DNA of 64,000 nt from Eledone cirrhosa (Eukaryota): assembly GCA_964016885.1 (NCBI GenBank), contig OZ024743.1, positions 269,824,001 to 269,888,000 of the forward strand, read 5' to 3'. The position numbers and the translations under genes were made by a program. A model generated the notes under the pieces. It did no database searches. It had not been told where the DNA came from and saw nothing but the letters and a program-made list of their open reading frames with translations. Positions 50,701-62,700 of this stretch are shown piece by piece (the stretch's first letter is position 1; each line of letters opens with the position of its first letter).

Positions 50701-53700
50701 TGATGTTAGTGGTGTTGGTAGTAGTGTTGGAGGTGGTGTTGATGTTAGTGGTTTTGGTAGTAGTGTTTGAGGTGGTGTTGATGTTAGTGGTGTTGGTAGT
50801 AGTGTTTGAGGTGGTGTTGATGTTAGTGGTGTTGGTAGTAGTGTTTGAGGTGGTGTTGATGTTACTGGTGTTGGGAGTAGTGTTTGAGTTGGTGTTGATG
50901 TTAGTGGTGTTGGGGTAGTGTTTGAGGTGGTGTTGATGTTAGTGGTGTTGGTAGTAGTTTTTGAGGTGGTGTTGATGTTAGTGGTGTTGGTAGTAGTGTT
51001 TGAGGTGGTGTTGATGTTAGTGGTGTTGGTAGTAGTGTTTGACGTGGTGTTGATGTTACTGGTGTTGGGAGTAGTGTTTGAGTTGGTGTTGATGTTAGTG
51101 GTGTTGGGGTAGTGTTTGAGGTGGTGTTGATGTTAGTGGTGTTGGTAGTAGTTTTTGAGGTGGTGTTGATGTTAGTGGTGTTGGTAGTAGTGTTTGACGT
51201 GGTGTTGATGTTAGTGGTGTTGGTAGTAGTGTTTGAGGAGGTGTTGATAGTAGTGTTTGAGGTGGTGTTGATGTTAGTTGTGTTGGTAGTAGTGTTTGAG
51301 GTGGTGTTGGTGTTAGTGGTGTTGGTAGTAGTGTTTGAGGTGGTGTTGGTGTTAGTGGTGTTGGTAGTAGTGTTTGAGGAGGTGTTGATGTTAGTGGTGT
51401 TGGTAGTAGTTTTTGAGGAGGTGTTGATGTTAGTGGTGTTGGGGGTAGTGTTTGAGGTGGTGTTGATGTTAGTGGTGTTGGTAGTAGTTTTTGAGGTGGT
51501 GTTGATGTTAGTGGTGTTGGTAGTAGTGTTTGACGTGGTGTTGATGTTAGTGGTGTTGGTAGTAGTGTTTGAGGTGGTGTTGATGTTAGCGGTGTTGGTA
51601 GTAGTGTTTGACGTGGTGTTGATGTTAGTGGTGTTGGTAGTAGTGTTTGAGGTGGTGTTGATGTTAGCGGTGTTGGTAGTAGTGTTTGAGGTGGTGTTGA
51701 TGTTAGTGGTGTTGGTAGTAGTGTTGGAGATGGTGTTGATGTTAGTGGTGTTGGTAGTAGTGTTTGAGGTGGTGTTGATGTTAGTGGTGTTGGTAGTAGT
51801 GTTTGAGGTGGTGTTGATGTTAGTGGTGTTGGTAGTAGTGTTTGAGGTGGTGTTGATGTTAGTGGTGTTGGTAGTAGTGTTTGAGGTGGTGTTGATGTTA
51901 GTGGGGTTGGGGGTAGTGTTTGAAGTGGTGTTGATGTTAGTGGTGTTGGTAGTAGTGTTTGAGGTGGTGTTGATGTTAGTGGTATTGGTAGTAGTGTTTG
52001 AGGTGGTGTTGGTCTGAGTGGTGTTGGTAGTAGTGTTTGAGGAGGTGTTGATGTTAGTGGTGTTGGTAGTAGTGTTTGAGGTGGTTTTGATGTTAGTGGT
52101 GTTGGTAGTAGTGTTTGAGGAGGTGTTGATGTTAGTGGTGTTGGTAGTAGTGTTTGAGGTGGTGTTGGTGTTAGTGGTGTTGGTAGTAGTGTTTGAGGTG
52201 GTGTTGGTGTTAGTGGTGTTGGTAGTAGTGTTTGAGGTGGTGTTGGTGTTAGTGGTGTTGCTAGTAGTGTTTGAGGTGGTGTTGATTTTAGTGGTGTTGG
52301 TAGTAGTGTTTGAGGTGGTGTTGATGTTAGTGGTGTTGGTAGTAGTGTTTGACGTGGTGTTGATGTTAGTGGTGTTGGTAGTAGTGTTTGAGGTGGTGTT
52401 GGTGTTAGTGGTGTTGGTAGTAGTGTTTGAGGTGGTGTTGGTGTTAGTGGTGTTGGTAGTAGTGTTTGAGGTGGTGTTGATGTTAGTGGTGTTGGTAGTA
52501 GAGTTTGAGGTGGTGTTGATGTTAGTGATGTTGGTAGTAGTGTTTGAGGTGGTGTTGGTGTTAGTGATGTTGGTAGTAGTGTTTGAGGTGGTGTTGATGT
52601 TAGTGATGTTGGTAGTAGTGTTTGAGGTGGTGTTGATGTTAGTTGTGTTGGTAGTAGTGTTTGAGGTGGTGTTGGTGTTAGTGGTGTTGGTAGTAGTGTT
52701 TGAGGTGGTGTTGGTGTTAGTGGTGTTGGTAGTAGTGTTTGAGGTGGTGTTGATGTTAGTGGGGTTGGGGGTAGTGTTTGAAGTGGTGTTGATGTTAGTG
52801 GTGTTGGTAGTAGTGTTTGAGGAGGTGTTGATGTTAGTGGTGTTGGTAGTAGTTTTTGAGGAGGTGTTGATGTTAGTGGTGTTGGGGGTAGTGTTTGAGG
52901 TGGTGTTGATGTTAGTGGTGTTGGTAGTAGTTTTTGAGGTGGTGTTGATGTTAGTGGTGTTGGTAGTAGTGTTTGACGTGGTGTTGATGTTAGTGGTGTT
53001 GGTAGTAGTGTTTGAGGTGGTGTTGATGTTAGTGGTATTGGTAGTAGTGTTTGAGGTGGTGTTGATGTTAGTGGTATTGGTAGTAGTGTTTGAGGTGGTG
53101 TTGGTCTGAGTGGTGTTGGTAGTAGTGTTTGAGGAGGTGTTGATGTTACTGGTGTTGGTAGTAGTGTTTGAGGTGGTTTTGATGTTAGTGGTGTTGGTAG
53201 TAGTGTTTGAGGAGGTGTTGATGTTAGTGGTGTTGGTAGTAGTGTTTGAGGTGGTGTTGGTGTTAGTGGTGTTGGTAGTAGTGTTTGAGGTGGTGTTGGT
53301 GTTAGTGGTGTTGGTAGTAGTGTTTGAGGTGGTGTTGGTGTTAGTGGTGTTGGTAGTAGTGTTTGAGGTGGTGTTGATTTTAGTGGTGTTGGTAGTAGTG
53401 TTTGAGGTGGTGTTGATGTTAGTGGTGCTGGTAGTAGTGTTTGACGTGGTGTTGATGTTAGTGGTGTTGGTAGTAGTGTTTGAGGTGGTGTTGGTGTTAG
53501 TGGTGTTGGTAGTAGTGTTTGAGGTGGTGTTGGTGTTAGTGGTGTTGGTAGTAGTGTTTGAGGTGGTGTTGATGTTAGTGGTGTTGGTAGTAGAGTTTGA
53601 GGTGGTGTTGATGTTAGTGGTGTTGGTAGTAGTGTTTGAGGTGCTGTTGATGTTAGTGGTGTTGTTAGTAGTGTTTGAGGTGGTGTTGATGTTAGTGGTG

Positions 53701-56700
53701 TTGGTAGTAGAGTTTGAGGTGGTGTTGATGTTAGTGGTGTTGGTAGTAGTGTTTGAGGTGCTGTTGATGTTAGTGGTGTTGGTAGTAGTGTTTGAGGTGG
53801 TGTTGATGTTAGTGATGTTGGTAGTAGTGTTTGAGGTGGTGTTGGTGTTAGTGATATTGGTAGTAGTGTTTGAGGTGGTGTTGATGTTAGTGATGTTGGT
53901 AGTAGTGTTTGAGGTGGTGTTGATGTTAGTGGTATTGGTAGTAGTGTTTGACGTGGTGTTGATGTTAGTGGTGTTGGTAGTAGTTTTTGATGTGGTATTG
54001 GCGTTAGTGGTGTTGGTAGTAGTGTTTGAGGTGGTGTTGATGTAAGTGGTGTTGGTAGTAGTGTTTGAGGAGGTGTTGATGTTAGTGGTGTTGGTAGTAG
54101 TGTTTGAGGTGGTGTTGATGTTAGTGGTGTTGGTAGTAGTGTTTGAGGTGGTGTTGGTGTTAGTGTTGTTGGTAGTAGTGTTTGAGGTGGTGTTGATGTT
54201 AGTGGTGTTGGTAGTAGTGTTTGAGGTGGTGTTGATGTTAGTGGTGTTGGTAGTAGTGTTTAACGTGGTGTTGATGTTAGTGGTGTTGGGGGTAGTGTTT
54301 GAGGTGGTGTTGATGTTAGTGGTGTTGGTAGTAGTGTTTGAGGTGGTGTTGGTGTTAGTGGTGTTGGTAGTAGTGTTTGAGGTGGTGTTGATTTTAGTGG
54401 TGTTGGTAGTAGTGTTTGAGGTGGTGTTGATGTTAGTGGTGTTGGTAGTAGTGTTTAACGTGGTGTTGATGTTAGTGGTGTTGGGGGTAGTGTTTGAGGT
54501 GGTGTTGATGTTAGTGGTGTTGGTAGTAGTGTTTGAGGTGGTGTTGGTGTTAGTGGTGTTGGTAGTAGTGTTTGAGGTGGTGTTGATTTTAGTGGTGTTG
54601 GTAGTAGTGTTTGAGGTGGTGTTGATGTTAGTGGTGTTGGTAGTAGTGTTTAACGTGGTGTTGATGTTAGTGGTGTTGGGGGTAGTGTTTGAGGTGGTGT
54701 TGATGTTAGTGGTGTTGGTAGTAGTGTTTGAGGTGGTGTTGATGTTAGTGGTGTTGGTAGTAGTGTTTGAGATGGTGTTGATGTTAGTGGTGTTGGTAGT
54801 AGTGTTTGAGGTGGTGTTGATGTTAGTGGTGTTGGTAGTAGTGTTGGAGGTGGTGTTGATGTTAGTGGTGTTGGTAGTAGTGTTTGAGGTGGTGTTGATG
54901 TTAGTGGTGTTGGTAGTAGTGTTTGAGGTGGTGTTGATCTTAGTGGTGATGGTAGTAGTGTTTGAGGTGGTGTTGATGTTAGAGGTGTTGGTAGTAGTGT
55001 TTGAGGTGGTGTTGATGTTAGTGGGGTTGGGGGTAGTGTTTGAAGTGGTGTTGATATTAGTGGTGTTGGTAGTAGTGTTTGAGGTGGTGTTGATCTTAGT
55101 GGTGTTGGTAGTAGTGTTTGAGGTGGTGTTGATGTTAGCGGTGTTGGTAGTAGTGTTTGGGGTGGTGTTGATGTTAGTGGTGTTGGTAGTAGTGTTTGGG
55201 GTGGTGTTGATGTTAGTGGTGTTGGGGTTAGTGTTTGAGGTGGTGTTGATGTTAGCGGTGTTGGTAGTAGTGTTTGAGGTGGTGTTGATATTAGTGGTGT
55301 TGGTAGTAATGTTTGAGGTGGTGTTGATGTTAGTGGTGTTGATAGTAGTGTTTGAGGTGGTGTTGGTGTTAGTGGTGTTGGTAGTAGTGTTTGAGGTGTT
55401 GTTGATGTTAGTGGTGTTGGTAGTAGTGTTTAACGTGGTGTTGATGTTAGTGGTGTTGGGGGTAGTGTTTGAGGTGGTGTTGATGTTAGTGGTGTTGGTA
55501 GTAGTGTTTGAGGTGGTGTTGATGTTAGTGGTGTTGGTAGTAGTGTTTGAGGTGGTGTTGATGTTAGTGGTGTTGGTAGTAGTGTTTGAGGTGGTGTTGA
55601 TGTTAGTGGTGTTGGTAGTAGTGTTTGAGGTGGTGTTGATGTTAGTTGTGTTGGTAGTAGTGTTTGAGGTGGTGTTGGTGTTAGTGGTGTTGGTAGTAGT
55701 GTTTGAGGTGGTGTTGGTGTTAGTGATGTTGGTAGTAGTGTTTGAGGTGGTGTTGATGTTAGTGATGTTGGTAGTAGTGTTTGAGGTGGTGTTGATGTTA
55801 GTTGTGTTGGTAGTAGTGTTTGAGGTGGTGTTGGTGTTAGTGGTGTTGGTAGTAGTGTTTGAGGTGGTGTTGGTGTTAGTGGTGTTGGTAGTAGTGTTTG
55901 AGGTGGTGTTGATGTTAGTGGTGTTGGGAGTAGTGTTTGAGTTGGTGTTGATGTTAGTGGTGTTGGGGTATTGTTTGAGGTGGTGTTGATGTTAGTGGTG
56001 TTGGGGGTAGTGTTTGAGGGGGTGTTGATGTTAGTGGTGTTGGTAGTAGTTTTTGAGGTGGTGTTGATGTTAGTGGTGTTGGTAGTAGTGTTTGACGTGG
56101 TGTTGATGTTAGTGGTGTTGGTAGTAGTGTTTGACGTGGTGTTGATGTTAGTGGTGTTGGTAGTAGTTTTTGAGGTGGTGTTGATGTTAGTGGTGTTGGT
56201 AGTAGTGTTTGAGGTGGTGTTGATGTTAGTGGTGTTGGTAGTAGTGTTTGAGGTGGTGTTGATGTTAGTGGTGTTGGTAGTAGTTTTTGAGGTGGTGTTG
56301 ATGTTAGTGGTGTTGGTAGTAGTGTTTGACGTGGTGTTGATGTTAGTGGTGTTGGTAGTAGTGTTTGACGTGGTGTTGATGTTAGTGGTGTTGGTAGTAG
56401 TGTTTGAGGTGGTGTTGATGTTAGCGGTGTTGGTAGTAGTGTTTGACGTGGTGTTGATGTTAGTGGTGTTGGTAGTAGTGTTTGAGGTGGTGTTGATGTT
56501 AGCGGTGTTGGTAGTAGTGTTTGAGGTGGTGTTGATGTTAGTGGTGTTGGTAGTAGTGTTGGAGGTGGTGTTGATGTTAGTGGTTTTGGTAGTAGTGTTT
56601 GAGGTGGTGTTGATGTTAGTGGTGTTGGTAGTAGTGTTTGAGGTGGTGTTGATGTTAGTGGTGTTGGTAGTAGTGTTTGAGGTGGTGTTGATGTTAGTGG

Positions 56701-57050
56701 TGTTGGTAGTAGTGTTTGAGGTGGTGTTGATGTTAGTGGTGTTGGTAGTAGTGTTTGAGGTGGTGTTGATGTTAGTGGTGTTGGTAGTAGTGTTTAACGT
56801 GGTGTTGATGTTAGTGGTGTTGGGGGTAGTGTTTGAGGTGGTGTTGATGTTAGTGGTGTTGGTAGTAGTGTTTGAGGTGGTGTTGATGTTAGTGGTGTTG
56901 GTAGTAGTGTTTGAGATGGTGTTGATGTTAGTGGTGTTGGTAGTAGTGTTTGAGGTGGTGTTGATGTTAGTGGTGTTGGTAGTAGTGTTGGAGGTGGTGT
57001 TGATGTTAGTGGTGTTGGTAGTAGTGTTTGAGGTGGTGTTGATGTTAGTG
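41780..57050. repeat. About 7.5-7.8-kb tandem duplication in domain B
   Basis: ORF pairs 41836/49345, 42591/50100, 43409/50918 and 43603/51112 are offset by 7509; 45289/53110 and 46225/54046 by 7821; 48151/55971 by 7820. Private variants GTGTGGGGAG and TTTGACTTG occur in both copies. Edges are approximate. Confidence 0.9.
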
Positions 57051-58180
57051 GTGTTGGTAGTAGTGTTTGAGGTGGTGTTGATCTTAGTGGTGATGGTAGT
57101 AGTGTTTGAGGTGGTGTTGATGTTAGAGGTGTTGGTAGTAGTGTTTGAGGTGGTGTTGATGTTAGTGGGGTTGGGGGTAGTGTTTGAAGTGGTGTTGATA
57201 TTAGTGGTGTTGGTAGTAGTGTTTGAGGTGGTGTTGATCTTAGTGGTGTTGGTAGTAGTGTTTGAGGTGGTGTTGATGTTAGCGGTGTTGGTAGTAGTGT
57301 TTGGGGTGGTGTTGATGTTAGTGGTGTTGGTAGTAGTGTTTGGGGTGGTGTTGATGTTAGTGGTGTTGGGGTTAGTGTTTGAGGTGGTGTTGATGTTAGC
57401 GGTGTTGGTAGTAGTGTTTGAGGTGGTGTTGATATTAGTGGTGTTGGTAGTAATGTTTGAGGTGGTGTTGATGTTAGTGGTGTTGATAGTAGTGTTTGAG
57501 GTGGTGTTGGTGTTAGTGGTGTTGGTAGTAGTGTTTGAGGTGTTGTTGATGTTAGTGGTGTTGGTAGTAGTGTTTAACGTGGTGTTGATGTTAGTGGTGT
57601 TGGGGGTAGTGTTTGAGGTGGTGTTGATGTTAGTGGTGTTGGTAGTAGTGTTTGAGGTGGTGTTGATGTTAGTGGTGTTGGTAGTAGTGTTTGAGGTGGT
57701 GTTGATGTTAGTGGTGTTGGTAGTAGTGTTTGAGGTGGTGTTGATGTTAGTGGTGTTGGTAGTAGTGTTTGAGGTGGTGTTGATGTTAGTTGTGTTGGTA
57801 GTAGTGTTTGAGGTGGTGTTGGTGTTAGTGGTGTTGGTAGTAGTGTTTGAGGTGGTGTTGGTGTTAGTGATGTTGGTAGTAGTGTTTGAGGTGGTGTTGA
57901 TGTTAGTGATGTTGGTAGTAGTGTTTGAGGTGGTGTTGATGTTAGTTGTGTTGGTAGTAGTGTTTGAGGTGGTGTTGGTGTTAGTGGTGTTGGTAGTAGT
58001 GTTTGAGGTGGTGTTGGTGTTAGTGGTGTTGGTAGTAGTGTTTGAGGTGGTGTTGATGTTAGTGGTGTTGGGAGTAGTGTTTGAGTTGGTGTTGATGTTA
58101 GTGGTGTTGGGGTAGTGTTTGAGGTGGTGTTGATGTTAGTGGTGTTGGGGGTAGTGTTTGAGGGGGTGTTGATGTTAGTG
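54640..58180. repeat. About 1.4-kb block repeated at a 2,144-bp offset
   Basis: TTTAACGTG (AAC at 54652 and 56796) is followed by the same ordered variants (GAGATG, TTGGAG, GATCTTAGTGGTGATG, GATATTA, GGGTTA, GTAATG) up to the 38-bp monomers at about 55970 and 58114. Confidence 0.85.
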
Positions 58181-59770
58181 GTATTGGTAGTAGTGTTTGA
58201 GGTGGTGTTGGTGTTAGTGGTGTTGGTAGTAGTGTTTGAGGTGGTGTTGGTGTTAATGGTGTTGGTAGTAGTGTTTGACGTGGTGTTGATGTTAGTGGTG
58301 TTGGTAGTAGTGTTTGACGTGGTGTTGATGTTAGTGGTGTTGGTAGTAGTGTTTGAGGTGGTGTTGATGTTAGTGGTGTTGGTAGTAGTGTCTGAGGTGG
58401 TGTTGATGTTAGTGGTGTTGGTAGTAGTTTTTGAGGTGGTGTTGATGTTAGTGGTGTTGGTAGTAGTGTTTGACGTGGTGTTGATGTTAGTGGTGTTGGT
58501 AGTAGTGTTTGATGTGGTGTTGATGTTAGTGGTGTTGGTAGTAGTGTTTGAGGTGGTGTTGATGTTAGTGGTGTTGGTAGTAGTGTTTGACGTGGTGTTG
58601 ATGTTAGTGGTGTTGGTAGTAGTGTTTGACGTGGTGTTGATGTTAGTGGTGTTGGTAGTAGTTTTTGAGGTGGTGTTGATGTTAGTGGTGTTGGTAGTAG
58701 TGTTTGAGGTGGTGTTGATGTTAGTGGTGTTGGTAGTAGTGTTTGAGGTGGTGTTGATGTTAGTGGTGTTGGTAGTAGTTTTTGAGGTGGTGTTGATGTT
58801 AGTGGTGTTGGTAGTAGTGTTTGACGTGGTGTTGATGTTAGTGGTGTTGGTAGTAGTGTTTGACGTGGTGTTGATGTTAGTGGTGTTGGTAGTAGTGTTT
58901 GAGGTGGTGTTGATGTTAGTGGTGTTGGGAGTAGTGTTTGAGTTGGTGTTGATGTTAGTGGTGTTGGGGTAGTGTTTGAGGTGGTGTTGATGTTAGTGGT
59001 GTTGGGGGTAGTGTTTGAGGGGGTGTTGATGTTAGTGGTATTGGTAGTAGTGTTTGAGGTGGTGTTGGTGTTAGTGGTGTTGGTAGTAGTGTTTGAGGTG
59101 GTGTTGGTGTTAATGGTGTTGGTAGTAGTGTTTGACGTGGTGTTGATGTTAGTGGTGTTGGTAGTAGTGTTTGACGTGGTGTTGATGTTAGTGGTGTTGG
59201 TAGTAGTGTTTGAGGTGGTGTTGATGTTAGTGGTGTTGGTAGTAGTGTCTGAGGTGGTGTTGATGTTAGTGGTGTTGGTAGTAGTTTTTGAGGTGGTGTT
59301 GATGTTAGTGGTGTTGGTAGTAGTGTTTGACGTGGTGTTGATGTTAGTGGTGTTGGTAGTAGTGTTTGATGTGGTGTTGATGTTAGTGGTGTTGGTAGTA
59401 GTGTTTGAGGTGGTGTTGATGTTAGTGGTGTTGGTAGTAGTGTTTGACGTGGTGTTGATGTTAGTGGTGTTGGTAGTAGTGTTTGACGTGGTGTTGATGT
59501 TAGTGGTGTTGGTAGTAGTTTTTGAGGTGGTGTTGATGTTAGTGGTGTTGGTAGTAGTGTTTGAGGTGGTGTTGATGTTAGTGGTGTTGGTAGTAGTGTT
59601 TGAGGTGGTGTTGATGTTAGTGGTGTTGGTAGTAGTTTTTGAGGTGGTGTTGATGTTAGTGGTGTTGGTAGTAGTGTTTGACGTGGTGTTGATGTTAGTG
59701 GTGTTGGTAGTAGTGTTTGACGTGGTGTTGATGTTAGTGGTGTTGGTAGTAGTGTTTGAGGTGGTGTTGA
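58060..59770. repeat. 857-bp tandem duplication (22 monomers, one of them 38 bp)
   Basis: ORFs starting at 58115 and 58972 share their first roughly 265 residues, including the variants GTGTTAATGGTG, GTGTCTGAG and TTTGATGTG. Confidence 0.9.
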
Positions 59771-62700
59771 TGTTAGCGGTGTTGGTAGTAGTGTTTGACG
59801 TGGTGTTGATGTTAGTGGTGTTGGTAGTAGTGTTTGAGGTGGTGTTGATGTTAGCGGTGTTGGTAGTAGTGTTTGAGGTGGTGTTGATGTTAGTGGTGTT
59901 GGTAGTAGTGTTTGATGTGGTGTTGATGTTAGTGGTGTTGGTAGTAGTGTTTGAGGTGGTGTTGATGTTAGTGGTGTTGGTAGTAGTGTTTGAGGTGGTG
60001 TTGATGTTAGTGGTGTTGGTAGTAGTGTTTGAGGTGGTGTTGATGTTAGTGGTGTTGGTAGTAGTGTTTGAGGTGGTGTTGATGTTAGTGGGGTTGAGGG
60101 TAGTGTTTGAAGTGGTGTTGATGTTAGTGGTATTGGTAGTAGTGTTTGAGGTGGTGTTGATGTTAGTGGTATTGGTAGTAGTGTTTGAGGTGGTGTTGGT
60201 CTGAGTGGTGTTGGTAGTAGTGTTTGAGGAGGTGTTGATGTTACTGGTGTTGGTAGTAGTGTTTGAGGTGGTTTTGATGTTAGTGGTGTTGGTAGTAGTG
60301 TTTGAGGAGGTGTTGATGTTAGTGGTGTTGGTAGTAGTGTTTGAGGTGGTGTTGGTGTTAGTGGTGTTGGTAGTAGTGTTTGAGGTGGTGTTGGTGTTAG
60401 TGGTGTTGGTAGTAGTGTTTGAGGTGGTGTTGGTGTTAGTGGTGTTGGTAGTAGTGTTTGAGGTGGTGTTGATTTTAGTGGTGTTGGTAGTAGTGTTTGA
60501 GGTGGTGTTGATTTTAGTGGTGTTGGTAGTAGTGTTTGAGGTGGTGTTGATGTTAGTGGTGTTGGTAGTAGTGTTTGAGGTGGTGTTGATGTTAGTGGTG
60601 TTGGTAGTAGTGTTTGAGGTGGTGTTGATGTTAGTGGTGTTGGTAGTAGTGTTTGAGGTGGTGTTGATGTTAGTGGGGTTGGGGGTAGTGTTTGAAGTGG
60701 TGTTGATGTTAGTGGTGTTGGTAGTAGTGTTTGAGGTGGTGTTGATGTTAGTGGTATTGGTAGTAGTGTTTGAGGTGGTGTTGGTCTGAGTGGTGTTGGT
60801 AGTAGTGTTTGAGGAGGTGTTGATGTTAGTGGTGTTGGTAGTAGTGTTTGAGGTGGTTTTGATGTTAGTGGTGTTGGTAGTAGTGTTTGAGGAGGTGTTG
60901 ATGTTAGTGGTGTTGGTAGTAGTGTTTGAGGTGGTGTTGGTGTTAGTGGTGTTGGTAGTAGTGTTTGAGGTGGTGTTGGTGTTAGTGGTGTTGGTAGTAG
61001 TGTTTGAGGTGGTGTTGGTGTTAGTGGTGTTGGTAGTAGTGTTTGAGGTGGTGTTGATTTTAGTGGTGTTGGTAGTAGTGTTTGAGGTGGTGTTGATGTT
61101 AGTGGTGTTGGTAGTAGTGTTTGACGTGGTATTGATGTTAGTGGTGTTGGTAGTAGTGTTTGAGGTGGTGTTGGTGTTAGTGGTGTTGGTAGTAGTGTTT
61201 GAGGTGGTGTTGGTGTTAGTGGTGTTGGTAGTAGTGTTTGAGGTGGTGTTGATGTTAGTGGTGTTGGTAGTAGAGTTTGAGGTGGTGTTGATGTTAGTGA
61301 TGTTGGTAGTAGTGTTTGAGGTGGTGTTGGTGTTAGTGATGTTGGTAGTAGTGTTTGAGGTGGTGTTGATGTTAGTGATGTTGGTAGTAGTGTTTGAGGT
61401 GGTGTTGATGTTAGTTGTGTTGGTAGTAGTGTTTGAGGTGGTGTTGGTGTTAGTGGTGTTGGTAGTAGTGTTTGAGGTGGTGTTGGTGTTAGTGGTGTTG
61501 GTAGTAGTGTTTGAGGTGGTGTTGATGTTAGTGGTGTTGGGAGTAGTGTTTGAGTTGGTGTTGATGTTAGTGGTGTTGGGGTAGTGTTTGAGGTGGTGTT
61601 GATGTTAGTGGTGTTGGTAGTAGTGTTTGAGGTGGTGTTGATGTTAGTGGTGTTGGTAGTAGTGTTTGAGGGGGTGTTGATGTTAGTGGGGTTGGGGGTA
61701 GTGTTTGAGGGGGTGTTGATGTTAGTGGTGTTGGTAGTAGTTTTTGAGGTGGTGTTGATGTTAGTGGTGTTGGTAGTAGTGTTTGAGGTGGTGTTGATGT
61801 TAGTGGTGTTGGTAGTAGTGTTTGAGGTGGTGTTGATGTTAGTGGTGTTGGTAGTAGTGTTTGAGGTGGTGTTGATGTTAGTGGGGTTGGGGATAGTGTT
61901 TGAAGTGGTGTTGATGTTAGTGGTATTGGTAGTAGTGTTTGAGGTGGTGTTGATGTTAGTGGTATTGGTAGTAGTGTTTGAGGTGGTGTTGGTCTGAGTG
62001 GTGTTGGTAGTAGTGTTTGAGGAGGTGTTGATGTTACTGGTGTTGGTAGTAGTGTTTGAGGTGGTTTTGATGTTAGTGGTGTTGGTAGTAGTGTTTGAGG
62101 AGGTGTTGATGTTAGTGGTGTTGGTAGTAGTGTTTGAGGTGGTGTTGGTGTTAGTGGTGTTGGTAGTAGTGTTTGAGGTGTTGTTGGTGTTAGTGGTGTT
62201 GGTAGTAGTGTTTGAGGTGGTGTTGGTGTTAGTGGTGTTGGTAGTAGTGTTTGAGGTGGTGTTGATTTTAGTGGTCTTGGTAGTAGTGTTTGAGGTGGTG
62301 TTGATGTTAGTGGTGCTGGTAGTAGTGTTTGACGTGGTGTTGATGTTAGTGGTGTTGGTAGTAGTGTTTGAGGTGGTGTTGGTGTTAGTGGTGTTGGTAG
62401 TAGTGTTTGAGGTGGTGTTGGTGTTAGTGGTGTTGGTAGTAGTGTTTGAGGTGGTGTTGATGTTAGTGGTGTTGGTAGTAGAGTTTGAGGTGGTGTTGAT
62501 GTTAGTGATGTTGGTAGTAGTGTTTGAGGTGGTGTTGGTGTTAGTGATGTTGGTAGTAGTGTTTGAGGTGGTGTTGATGTTAGTGATGTTGGTAGTAGTG
62601 TTTGAGGTGGTGTTGATGTTAGTGGTATTGGTAGTAGTGTTTGACGTGGTGTTGATGTTAGTGGTGTTGGTAGTAGTTTTTGATGTGGTATTGGCGTTAG

